Both the position numbers and the translations under genes were made by a program. From the NCBI GenBank assembly GCA_963612925.1, contig CAVDXG010000002.1, forward strand, positions 5,543-69,542: a stretch of 64,000 nucleotides of DNA, written 5' to 3'. The notes under the pieces are model-generated. The model was not told where the DNA came from. It did not search any database and saw only the letters and a program-made list of their open reading frames with translations. The stretch comes from Coriobacteriaceae bacterium (GTDB lineage: Bacteria; Bacillota_I; Bacilli_A; RFN20; CAG-826). Shown one piece after another: positions 19,348 to 28,450 of this stretch (position 1 is its first letter; every line of letters starts with the position of its first letter).

Positions 19348-20613
19348 ATGTATAAAGATATTAAATTTACACCAAAATATGTTCGCATAGGAAGATGGAT
19401 GAACGGCGTATTGTATTTGCCAGAAGAGCACTTACAAGATACTGCGATTCTTGTCATCCATTCCGATGCCGATTATTTGGATTTTCCGGCAGGAAGAGGA
19501 TTAGCAAGCCATGGTTATGCTACATTGTGTGCGAATATTTCTCGTCCCGTTGAAGAATTAGATAAAAAATTATTAGAGGTAAAAGAAGCTTTTGAATATC
19601 TCCACGCATTGGATTTTGTAAAGCATATTGTCCTTTTAGGTCATAGCGGAGGTGCAACTCTTATGAGTTGCTATCAAGCTGTAGCGGAAAATGGAGCTAA
19701 AATTTTCCAAGATGAACATCGCATTGTCAAAATGAGTGATGTTCCTAGTTTATCTAAGGCTGATGCTTGTTTATTCATCGATTCAAACTGGGGAAATGGA
19801 GCGATGACTCTTTTTAGCATCGATCCAGCGATTAAGGACGAAAAATCTGGTTTAGATTTAAATCCAGTCTACGACACCTTTTCTTCGGAAAATGGCTTTG
19901 TTGATGGTAATACTCACTACAGTGAAGAATTTAAAAAACGCTTCTTTAAAGCCCAGGCCAAACGCAATAACTATTTAATTGCAACTGCCCTTAATCGTTT
20001 AAATGCGATTAATTCTCATCAAGGAGAATATCTTGATGATGAGCCGTTTATCATTCCTGGCGGAGCTCAGATTGCTCCTGTAAATAAATTATTCCCTCAG
20101 GATTTATCGCTATTCTCTCACACTAAAAATGAATACGATTTAGTGCACGCGGATGGAAGTGTGAGCCATGGAATCATTCATTCATTAAGAAAACCTCGAG
20201 GAAATAAAAGCATGACTCCTGTCTTTGGCTTATCTACTTTGGTAAGCACAGTTAAAACTTATCTCACCAATAGCGTGGTTTTAGCCACTGATGAATATGA
20301 AATAACTGAAACTGGAGTTAAAGGTATTGATTGGGATAGCAGTTATTGCTGCACACCTGGCAACATACAATATATCAAGGTTCCTACTCTTATCATGGGT
20401 ATGACCGGTGGATATGAATTTTTAGCTAGTGAACTTTTATATGAAAAAAGTGGTAGTAAAGATAAAAGCATCGCCTTTATCGAAGGTGCAAGCCATATGC
20501 TTACGACCGCGAAAGAATGTGAAAGATTTCCTGGCGAATTTAAAGATACAACTGTCACATTGTTTAACTATGTGGCAAGTTGGCTTGAAAAGCATTTCAA
20601 ACAAAGTAATTAA
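19348..20613 (+). CDS. Alpha/beta-hydrolase fold protein
   Basis: Nucleophile elbow VLLGHSGGATL (GxSxG), 421 aa. Confidence 0.7.
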   Translation: MYKDIKFTPKYVRIGRWMNGVLYLPEEHLQDTAILVIHSDADYLDFPAGRGLASHGYATLCANISRPVEELDKKLLEVKEAFEYLHALDFVKHIVLLGHSGGATLMSCYQAVAENGAKIFQDEHRIVKMSDVPSLSKADACLFIDSNWGNGAMTLFSIDPAIKDEKSGLDLNPVYDTFSSENGFVDGNTHYSEEFKKRFFKAQAKRNNYLIATALNRLNAINSHQGEYLDDEPFIIPGGAQIAPVNKLFPQDLSLFSHTKNEYDLVHADGSVSHGIIHSLRKPRGNKSMTPVFGLSTLVSTVKTYLTNSVVLATDEYEITETGVKGIDWDSSYCCTPGNIQYIKVPTLIMGMTGGYEFLASELLYEKSGSKDKSIAFIEGASHMLTTAKECERFPGEFKDTTVTLFNYVASWLEKHFKQSN

Positions 20614-20629
20614 TTACTTATAAAGCAAA

Positions 20630-21280
20630 ATGAAGATTAATAGGAAAGTAAAAGATATCGCTAGTGAAAGCGGAAAAGAGCCGCGTCACGGTTATCATTC
20701 TCGGGCTTATCATAACTATTTCGAAGGTTATGAAGAAAGAAAAGTTATCGATAAAAACGGAAAAGAAAAGATTGAGCGAAATTATGTAGGTAAAAGTTAT
20801 TCTCGCGATGTTTCTGATAGAATGAATGTCTTTGTTAAAATCGCTTATTGGTTTATCTATGCACTTATCCTGTCCGCTTTTATTGTCATAGTCACAAGAA
20901 ATATTGGAGCGAATAAAGTGTGGTGGTCGATTATTGGCGAATTTATAGCAATTATCTTTCTTATTATTCTTCTTATTGCTGTGCTTGATAACAGCATAGC
21001 TAAAAGGAAGATGAAAATATTTGACTATCGAGTTACTCATCAAAGAATTGTTTTGCTTTCAACTATATTGATGTTTGTTTTCACTTACTGTTTGTTATCA
21101 CATCTTATCTATATTTGTGTCGATCAATCCTCATATTTAGAGAATTTATTATGGGGTTTATTATATTTGCTTCCTATCAGTTTATGTCTACTTTTAAGAA
21201 TATGGGAAGGCAAAACCAAATATATTGAAACGCCTTATGAAGGCGAAAAGCATACTGATGCTATTGAAATTGAAAAATAA
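20630..21280 (+). CDS. Hypothetical integral membrane protein
   Basis: Charged N-terminal ~70 aa followed by about 4 hydrophobic helices. It is preferred over the antisense ORF at 20618-21043. Confidence 0.55.
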   Translation: MKINRKVKDIASESGKEPRHGYHSRAYHNYFEGYEERKVIDKNGKEKIERNYVGKSYSRDVSDRMNVFVKIAYWFIYALILSAFIVIVTRNIGANKVWWSIIGEFIAIIFLIILLIAVLDNSIAKRKMKIFDYRVTHQRIVLLSTILMFVFTYCLLSHLIYICVDQSSYLENLLWGLLYLLPISLCLLLRIWEGKTKYIETPYEGEKHTDAIEIEK

Positions 21281-21291
21281 AGGATGATTTT

Positions 21292-21807
21292 ATGCCTAAA
21301 ACAACCTTTCAACGATTTATTTTTACTTTAATCGGAGTAATTCTTATGGCCACGACGATGGCATTATTTAACAAATTGCTGGCTGGTTATGTCGAAGCTG
21401 ATCGTTATAGCGGTCTATTTGATATTAATCTTTGGAAAGATGTTGGAATTGCTTTTGTTCAAAAAGCACCTCTCGCTTTTCTATTGCAGTTTTTCGTTGT
21501 ACAAAAATTAGCTGCTAAATTTTGCGCCAAGCATCCTAGCGAAAATAAGATTATATCCAAATGTATTCGCGTCGAAATTACAGCTTGCATGATGGCTCCA
21601 ATAATGTGCATATATTCGAATCTTATTATGTTAATTCAATATCAATGGACATTTGAAAAATTTCTTACAAATATAGCGATTAAATTAGTTCAAAATTACA
21701 CCTTTGCTTTTCTAATTCAAGTCCTTATTTTAAAAGACTTAAATGTGCTTATTTTCAAAGCTATCTTTCATAAACAATTTGTCAAAAAGGAAGTAGAAAA
21801 TGCGTAA
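21292..21807 (+). CDS. Hypothetical membrane protein (DUF2798-like, from memory)
   Basis: MPKTTFQRFIFTLIGVILMATTMALFN start and several hydrophobic helices. Confidence 0.5.
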   Translation: MPKTTFQRFIFTLIGVILMATTMALFNKLLAGYVEADRYSGLFDINLWKDVGIAFVQKAPLAFLLQFFVVQKLAAKFCAKHPSENKIISKCIRVEITACMMAPIMCIYSNLIMLIQYQWTFEKFLTNIAIKLVQNYTFAFLIQVLILKDLNVLIFKAIFHKQFVKKEVENA

Positions 21808-23017
21808 TCCGATTTGGAAAGAAAAGAAATTTGATGACTTTCATGGCTATTTATATGCGGTTAACAATGGCAAGATGGATGTCGAAGGTTTTATTGATTC
21901 AGCTTATGGCGAAGAATTAACTAGAAGATTATCAATTCGTTTTCAGATTGAAGATGACATTAAAAAAGCCGAACAATATTATGATTCTATCGGATTAATT
22001 CGAAAATTATTCTATTGGGATAATTATTATGAAAGATATAGTTTATTAATTCCAAAAGATGCATACAAAAATAAAAAGAAAATGCCTTTAATTTTTTATC
22101 TTCATGGTTTAGGGAATTCTATTGAAGCTGAAGAAAATATGACTGGCTTTACTGATATTGCAAATAAAGAAGGATTTATGCTTTGTACTCCTCAGAACAC
22201 CAATCCTACAAAAATATTAGAAATTATTGAGGAAATATCATCTTTATATAATCTTGATAAAACGCGCATCTACTTGGCTGGTTTCTCGCATGGTGCCGCT
22301 CAAAGTCATGGTTTATATTTCAGACATCCAGAATTATTTGCTGGAGTTCTAACAAGTGGGGATGAGATATTTTGCCCATGGGATAGTTTTGATGTTCCTT
22401 ATTCTATAGAAGAATTGGATAAATGCAAAAAACTTAAAATGCCGTTATTTTTAATAAGTGGACAGTGTGAGCCGTTTCCTTATGCTCCACTGAATGAATT
22501 TCATCCAAAACAAAGACTAGTTAAACGAGATTGGGGTCGACCTGATACATCATTTCAGCCTAATAAAGATATGAATAAAGACCCAACTCGATTAAGACGG
22601 ATTTTTAAAGACGAAAATGGGAATGAAGTTATTCAAAATATGATGGCAAAAGACTATCTTCCCCAAGAAGATGAAGATCCATCTATTTGGAATTTAACTC
22701 GTTTAAATAAAAGATTAGATTTATTATCTATAGCTCCGAGAAATATCGATAAATGCTTATCATTTAAGAGATTACATGAAGATGATATTCATCGCATTTT
22801 AGGCTTTTATGGCGATTTTGAAGAGATTGAATATCATTACGGATATCGTCATTATGTCATCGGCATTAACGATGATAAACATCACGAATTGTTTAGATTT
22901 GTGCTCGTCAGTAACTCTCCTCATTGGCCTCAATTAACTATTGGAGAAATGGGTTGGAATTTTTTCAAGCATTTTTCGCGCGATTTATTAACTGGAGAAC
23001 TTATCTATAAGGACTGA
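21800..23017 (+). CDS. Alpha/beta-hydrolase, PHB-depolymerase/CE1-like esterase family
   Basis: PLIFYLHGLGNS (oxyanion region), RIYLAGFSHGAAQ (GxSxG), and C-terminal SPHWPQLTIGEMGWNFFKHFSR. Confidence 0.7.
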   Translation: MRNPIWKEKKFDDFHGYLYAVNNGKMDVEGFIDSAYGEELTRRLSIRFQIEDDIKKAEQYYDSIGLIRKLFYWDNYYERYSLLIPKDAYKNKKKMPLIFYLHGLGNSIEAEENMTGFTDIANKEGFMLCTPQNTNPTKILEIIEEISSLYNLDKTRIYLAGFSHGAAQSHGLYFRHPELFAGVLTSGDEIFCPWDSFDVPYSIEELDKCKKLKMPLFLISGQCEPFPYAPLNEFHPKQRLVKRDWGRPDTSFQPNKDMNKDPTRLRRIFKDENGNEVIQNMMAKDYLPQEDEDPSIWNLTRLNKRLDLLSIAPRNIDKCLSFKRLHEDDIHRILGFYGDFEEIEYHYGYRHYVIGINDDKHHELFRFVLVSNSPHWPQLTIGEMGWNFFKHFSRDLLTGELIYKD

Positions 23018-23019
23018 TT

Positions 23020-23865
23020 ATGATTAATAAACCGATTGTAATGGAAATCTCAGATAACAGTTTCGCGGTTAACGAATTTGGTTTAGCTACGATGTTTATT
23101 ATCGTTGGCAGTGAAAGTGCCTTAGTTATCGATACCGGGATGGGTTGTTTTGATTTTAAAGAGTTAATTGAATCCATCACATCATTGCCATATAAAGTAG
23201 TTTTAACTCATGGCCATCTAGACCATATCGGAGGAATTGATCAATTCGATGAAGTATATCTTCATCCTTCTGACTTTTATAAGATTGATTCTGCTTCAAA
23301 AGAAGAAAGAGAAAAATCTTGTAAACATTTATATGGCTTAGAAGGCGATAAAGATGTTTGGGATTTTTCTAAGGTTGAACCTAGAGAATGGCAAAAGCGG
23401 CCAAATATTATTCCATTAGCTGATGGAATGGAATTTGACTTAGGCGATAGGAAAATTATTTCTATTTACACTCCGGGACATTCAAAAGGTGGCATGTGTT
23501 TTTTAGATAATAAAACTCATATTTTATTTTCCGGCGATGAATGCAATCAAAATATTTTAGTGACAGATTGTTCAGTTGAAACTGAGCTAAAAAGCATGCT
23601 TCATTTAAAAAAATATGAAGGATTAATCGAAAGAAATTTTAATGGACATCTTGGTTTTTCTTCTGGACTAACTCATATCTCGATGCCAAAAAGCACACTT
23701 GATGACATCATCATTGCTTGCCAAAAGATTATGGATGGAAGTGCAACTCCAATTCATATATCACCTTCGCCTCGTTACTTAAATCAATTAGTGGGAACTT
23801 ATTTGTACGGAGCAATTTCTCTTACTTATCGACTTAACTTAATTTATCAAAAGGATGAAAAATAG
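23020..23865 (+). CDS. MBL-fold metallo-hydrolase
   Basis: Intact VLTHGHLDHIGG (HxHxDH), later TPGHSKGG and FSGDE ligand positions. Confidence 0.85.
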   Translation: MINKPIVMEISDNSFAVNEFGLATMFIIVGSESALVIDTGMGCFDFKELIESITSLPYKVVLTHGHLDHIGGIDQFDEVYLHPSDFYKIDSASKEEREKSCKHLYGLEGDKDVWDFSKVEPREWQKRPNIIPLADGMEFDLGDRKIISIYTPGHSKGGMCFLDNKTHILFSGDECNQNILVTDCSVETELKSMLHLKKYEGLIERNFNGHLGFSSGLTHISMPKSTLDDIIIACQKIMDGSATPIHISPSPRYLNQLVGTYLYGAISLTYRLNLIYQKDEK

Positions 23866-24667
23866 TATGCCTGTTAATAAAGCTATCATTGTCGAAATTG
23901 ATAAATCAACCTGGTTAATTGATCAGTTCGGAACTGTTATTAGTTACGCTCTTTTGGGTGAAAAAAGAGGACTAATTATCGATGCAGGATCCGGCTTATT
24001 AAATATTAATGATTTAGCGGAAAGATTATTTCAAGGTAAACCTTATAGCGTTATTTATACTCATCTAAATTCTTTAACTGCTGGAGGTTATCGATTCATT
24101 AAAGCTAGTCAATATGCACATCATAAAGAGTTAGAAAAAATCGCTAATCTCAAACCAATAGAGGAAAAAATAGATAAAAATGTTTCATTGCATTGTCCAA
24201 AATATGATTATCAATTTGGACATATTGAAGAGCTTAAACTTGATGAAATTATTGATTTAGGCAATAGAAATATTATTCCTTTTCTTACTTCGGGAGTAAG
24301 CGAAGGAAATATATCTTTATTCGATCAAAACACTAAGATAGTTTTTTCGGGTAATGTGTTTTCATTAAATATGGAATTATTTAGTTTTGTAAGCGATGAA
24401 TTTGTAAGTTTGCAAAGACTTAAATCTTATAAAGCGAGCCGCATATATCCTAGTTATCTTTCTTTTGGCGATTATCGTTCTTTTAAAAGAGATTTATTAG
24501 ATGAAGCGATAAGCTGCATTCATGCTTGTTTGCATCCTAGTGGAAGAACATATTTAGTTGATGGTAGCGACAATATTTATCGATTTAATCGCATAACTAT
24601 AAAAATTAACAAAGACAAGATTTGGCGCGATTATGAATCGCAAAGCCCTTATCCAATTGGTATTTAG
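23855..24667 (+). CDS. MBL-fold-like paralogue lacking the metal-binding motifs (probably non-catalytic)
   Basis: It aligns with the upstream MBL protein, but HxHxDH reads THLNSLTAGG, GHSKGG reads GVSEGN and FSGDE reads FSGNV. An alternative start is ATG 23867. Confidence 0.6.
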   Translation: MKNSMPVNKAIIVEIDKSTWLIDQFGTVISYALLGEKRGLIIDAGSGLLNINDLAERLFQGKPYSVIYTHLNSLTAGGYRFIKASQYAHHKELEKIANLKPIEEKIDKNVSLHCPKYDYQFGHIEELKLDEIIDLGNRNIIPFLTSGVSEGNISLFDQNTKIVFSGNVFSLNMELFSFVSDEFVSLQRLKSYKASRIYPSYLSFGDYRSFKRDLLDEAISCIHACLHPSGRTYLVDGSDNIYRFNRITIKINKDKIWRDYESQSPYPIGI

Positions 24668-24678
24668 GAGGATTTTTT

Positions 24679-26310
24679 ATGGACTTAAAAGGAAAACCAT
24701 TTTATCTAAGTGAAAAAGAAGAAAAGTGGGTTTATAACACATTAAATAAACTCACTTTAGAAGAAAAAATCCATCAGATGTTTTGCATTTTAGGTGATGC
24801 ATATTCTAATGAGGAATTATTAGATTTAGTCAAAGGTGGCATCGGCGGAGTTCTCTTTCGCCCTGTAAGAAGTTTACAAGAGACTAAAAATCTTTATCAA
24901 AAATTAGATGAATTGTCTTCTTTACCACTTCTTCACGCGGCTAATTTAGAAGAAGGTGGGGCTGGCATTGCTAATGATGGAACATATTTTGCATCTGAGC
25001 TTGGCGTAGCCGCCTCTAATAATATTGATGATGTAGTTAATTTTGCAAAGGTCTGCGCTTATGAAGGCATTAAAGCAGGAGTAGATTGGACTTTTTCTCC
25101 TGTTTCAGATATTGATTTAAATTTTTTAAATCCAATTACAAATTGTCGTACATTTGGAAGCGATGCTAATAGAGTCAAAGCTTTTACTTCTAAATTTGTA
25201 GAAGTCTATCAAAGCTTTGGACTAGCCGCCTGTGCGAAGCATTTTCCAGGCGACGGAGTAGATTTTCGCGATCAACATTTACATCCAACTTACAATTCTT
25301 TATCTAGCCAAGAATGGTTTGCTAGTTATGGAAGCATATATAAAGCGATGATTGATGAAGGACTTCTTTCAGTGATGGTCGGCCATATTTGTCAGCCAAG
25401 CATTGAAAAAGAATATAACCCTGGAATCGCCTTTAAAGATATAATGCCTGCCTCTTTGTCAAAGACATTGTTAACAAATGTTTTGCGCGAAAGACTTAAT
25501 TTTAACGGATTGGTGTGCACAGATGCATCGATTATGGGCGGTTATACTATGGCTATACCTAGAAGTGTTGCAATACCTACATCGTTTGCTTCAGGCGTTG
25601 ATTTAATTGTATTTTCTACCGATATTAAGGAAGATTTTTCCTTTGCTCTTGATGGAGTTAAAAATGGAATATTGTCTCAAGCACGAGTGGATGAATGCGT
25701 AACTCGAATTTTAGCGATGAAAGCTCACTTATCAAGAAAGAAAATAGTTCAAGAAATTGATGGAAATAAAGCTGCAAGATTGTGTGCGAAACACGCGATT
25801 ACTTTAGTAAAAAATAATGCTTCTTATTTACCGTTAAATGTTAAGAAATATCCTCGCGTGCGATTAACATTTTTAGGCGATGATAATTGTTATGATGGAA
25901 GCGTTAAACAGTTAGCTAAAAATGCCTTTCTTTCAAAAGGTTTCGATGTTGAAATCTATGAGCCATTTAAAGATGACTTGCACGGGACAAACAAGATTGA
26001 AAAAGACCGAATTAATGTAACTTTTTTACATTATCCTCCCGCTAGCAATCAGACCACAGTTCGCGTTAATTGGTGCGCAAAACACGCTCTAGAAATACCG
26101 CGATTTGTTAACGAAGAAGATTACATTTTCATTTCTTTGGCTAACCCATATCATCTTATGGATATTCCTCGAGCAAAAGTGTTTATCAATGCTTATAGCG
26201 GAACTAAAAATGTTATTGAAGAAGTGGTGAATAAGTTATGTGGAGAATCCTCTTTTGAAGGAGTTAGTCCGGTTGATCCATTCTGCAATTTAAAGGACAC
26301 TAAGTTATGA
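24679..26310 (+). CDS. Glycoside hydrolase family 3 (NagZ/beta-glucosidase-like)
   Basis: KHFPGDGVDFRDQH matches the GH3 KHFPG(H/D)G..D.H motif. 543 aa with two domains. SD AGGAGG is at 24664-24669. Confidence 0.85.
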   Translation: MDLKGKPFYLSEKEEKWVYNTLNKLTLEEKIHQMFCILGDAYSNEELLDLVKGGIGGVLFRPVRSLQETKNLYQKLDELSSLPLLHAANLEEGGAGIANDGTYFASELGVAASNNIDDVVNFAKVCAYEGIKAGVDWTFSPVSDIDLNFLNPITNCRTFGSDANRVKAFTSKFVEVYQSFGLAACAKHFPGDGVDFRDQHLHPTYNSLSSQEWFASYGSIYKAMIDEGLLSVMVGHICQPSIEKEYNPGIAFKDIMPASLSKTLLTNVLRERLNFNGLVCTDASIMGGYTMAIPRSVAIPTSFASGVDLIVFSTDIKEDFSFALDGVKNGILSQARVDECVTRILAMKAHLSRKKIVQEIDGNKAARLCAKHAITLVKNNASYLPLNVKKYPRVRLTFLGDDNCYDGSVKQLAKNAFLSKGFDVEIYEPFKDDLHGTNKIEKDRINVTFLHYPPASNQTTVRVNWCAKHALEIPRFVNEEDYIFISLANPYHLMDIPRAKVFINAYSGTKNVIEEVVNKLCGESSFEGVSPVDPFCNLKDTKL

Positions 26311-27746
26311 AAAATGTTTTAAATAAAATTGAATTAAAGCCAAAAGCATTGGTGGGCTTATTTTTAGCCATTATTTTAATCGTTGTTGGTTGCTCTTTGC
26401 CTTCTTTAAATTTTACTCATCTTTCTTTTAATAGCGACCAGGTTAAAACTTTAGCAGTTCTTCTCGCTTTTCTATGCATTCTAATTAGTGAAGCTTTACC
26501 AGTTGTTATCACTTCTTTTCTTTTTATAGGATTATTGTTTTTTACTGGCATCGCTAAAGATAGTAACGGTGCCGCCTCTTTAAAAGTTGCTTTAGACGGT
26601 TTTTCTGATCCGGTTGTCTATTTTACTTTAGCATCATTTGGCTTAGCGGCTGCTTTTACAACTACTCCGATTGCTAAAAGAATATTGAAGAAATTGCTCA
26701 AAGTATTTGGCAAATCCATCAATACCGCGATACTGGCGTTAATGGTTTGTACCGCCTTAATTTCTTCGATTATATCGAATGTTCCTACATGTGCAGTCTT
26801 TATGTCCATCGCTTTAAGTTTTTTAAATGTATACACAAAAGAGGAAGATAAAAAACGGACTGGAAAAGTGCTGATGATTGGCATTCCGATGGCCTCAATG
26901 ATTGGTGGCATGATGACACCGGCTGGCTCATCTATTAATTTAATTGCTATTGGTTTATTAGAAAAAAATTATGATGTAACTATTTCTTTTGTTAAATGGA
27001 TGGCAGTAGGCATTCCTTTAGCAGTTGTTCTTTTACCGATTGCTTGGTTTTTGCTCATTAAAGTTTTTAAGCCTGCGCCATTGAGCAAAGAAAAAATTCA
27101 AGAATTTGTTAGTAATATCGATGTGCCAGAAAAGATTACTCCGATTGAAATCAAGGCTTGGATTATTGCTTTAAGCATGTTGATTTTGTGGATTTTATCT
27201 TCTTGGTTTAGCTTCTTTAATGTCATGGCCATTTCATTAATTGGTTGTGCTTTATTGATGTTCCCAGGTATTAAAGTCATCACTGTTGAGACATTTATCA
27301 AAGAAAATTCTTGGGATGCTTTCTTTTTGGTGGGCACAGTTCTTTCGCTTGGAACAGTTATGAAAAATAATGAGGTTATTACTGCGATTACAAGCAGTTT
27401 GCCAAACTTCAACATGCAATTATTTTTCTTCCTTTCACTCGTCTGCTTAATTGTCTTTTTATTCTTAATTATCTTGCCGGTAGCAACCTCGCTTATCACT
27501 TTGATTGGTGCAGCCTTAATGGCGATTGGCGTTTTATCTGGAATCGATCCGGCGTTGGTAATTTTGTGTGCGGCTTTATGTGCATCAAATTGCTATTTAT
27601 TGCCATTAGATACAGTTATGCTCATCACCTATGGTGAAGGCTATTATTCGATGACTGATTGCTTAAAAGTATCTGTTATATTGCAACTTCTCATGGCTTT
27701 ATTATGCTCTTCTTGGGTGGCGTTAATTGGACCTCTACTTTTTTAA
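26307..27746 (+). CDS. Ion-transporter superfamily permease (SLC13/DASS or ArsB/NhaD-like)
   Basis: 479 aa, more than 10 TM helices, hairpin-tip-like MMTPAGSSINL and CASNCYLLPLD motifs. ATGA overlap with the GH3 gene. Confidence 0.65.
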   Translation: MKNVLNKIELKPKALVGLFLAIILIVVGCSLPSLNFTHLSFNSDQVKTLAVLLAFLCILISEALPVVITSFLFIGLLFFTGIAKDSNGAASLKVALDGFSDPVVYFTLASFGLAAAFTTTPIAKRILKKLLKVFGKSINTAILALMVCTALISSIISNVPTCAVFMSIALSFLNVYTKEEDKKRTGKVLMIGIPMASMIGGMMTPAGSSINLIAIGLLEKNYDVTISFVKWMAVGIPLAVVLLPIAWFLLIKVFKPAPLSKEKIQEFVSNIDVPEKITPIEIKAWIIALSMLILWILSSWFSFFNVMAISLIGCALLMFPGIKVITVETFIKENSWDAFFLVGTVLSLGTVMKNNEVITAITSSLPNFNMQLFFFLSLVCLIVFLFLIILPVATSLITLIGAALMAIGVLSGIDPALVILCAALCASNCYLLPLDTVMLITYGEGYYSMTDCLKVSVILQLLMALLCSSWVALIGPLLF

Positions 27747-27757
27747 GGAATTTCACT

Positions 27758-28390
27758 ATGAAAGCATTTATTTTTGATTTAGATGGTGTCATTTGCTTCA
27801 CTGATGAGTACCATTATTTAGCTTGGAAAGCTTTAGCAGATAAAGAAGGCATTTATTTTGATAGAGAAATAAATAACCTTTTGCGAGGCGTTTCGAGGAT
27901 GGAATCGCTTGAAATTATTTTAAGAAATGCGAAAAAGAGTTATAGCGAAAGCGAAAAGAAAGATATGGCGGAATATAAAAATAATATCTATCGTTCATAT
28001 CTAATGAAGATGACAGATAAGGACTTGCCAATTGAAGTTTTTGAAACTTTAAAAAGGTTGAAAAGTTTAAACTATAAGATTGCTATCGGAAGCAGCAGTA
28101 AAAACGCGAAGACTATTTTGTCAAATATTGGAATTATTGACATATTTGATGCGATTAGCGATGGAGAAAATATTAGCAACAGTAAGCCCGATCCTGAAGT
28201 CTTTTTAAAAGCTGCCGAGATGTTAAAATTAGTCCCAAGTGAATGCTATGTTGTTGAAGATGCTTATAGTGGAATTGATGCAGCAAAAGCTGGCGGATTT
28301 ACCTCAATTGGAATTGGTGATGCCAGTAATTACGATAAAACAGACATAAAAATCGCTAAGTTTTCTGACATTTTAAAGTTGATTGAATAG
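27758..28390 (+). CDS. pgmB: Beta-phosphoglucomutase (HAD superfamily)
   Basis: MKAFIFDLDGVI..TDEYHYLAWKALADKEGIYFDREINNLLRGVSRMESLEIIL closely follows the beta-PGM N-terminus. The upstream extension in the ORF track (from 27659) overlaps the permease gene and is hydrophobic junk. Confidence 0.85.
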   Translation: MKAFIFDLDGVICFTDEYHYLAWKALADKEGIYFDREINNLLRGVSRMESLEIILRNAKKSYSESEKKDMAEYKNNIYRSYLMKMTDKDLPIEVFETLKRLKSLNYKIAIGSSSKNAKTILSNIGIIDIFDAISDGENISNSKPDPEVFLKAAEMLKLVPSECYVVEDAYSGIDAAKAGGFTSIGIGDASNYDKTDIKIAKFSDILKLIE

Positions 28391-28405
28391 TTTTATTTAA
28401 GCAAT

Positions 28406-28436
28406 AAAAAGGCTCACAATTAAGTGAGCACTTTTT
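28406..28436. terminator. Bidirectional intrinsic terminator between convergent pgmB and the nucleoside kinase gene
   Basis: aaaaa-GCTCAC-aattaa-GTGAGC-ac-ttttt. It is a 6-bp stem flanked by an A-run and a T-run. Confidence 0.5.
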
Positions 28437-28450
28437 AAGGTTGTTATATA

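Noticed and set aside
20618-21043. 141-aa minus-strand ORF overlapping 20630-21280
   Set aside because: It is entirely antisense to the longer + strand membrane-protein ORF, which fits the operon direction and has clear TM helices. The minus-strand product is Asn/Ile/Phe-rich with no start context.
26618-27499. Minus-strand ORFs 26618-26911 and 27098-27499
   Set aside because: They are antisense to the DASS-type permease gene and have no supporting features.
27659-27757. N-terminal extension of pgmB suggested by the ORF track (start at 27659)
   Set aside because: The extension overlaps the permease gene and is absent from beta-PGM homologues, which begin at the MKAFIFDLDGV motif (ATG 27758).
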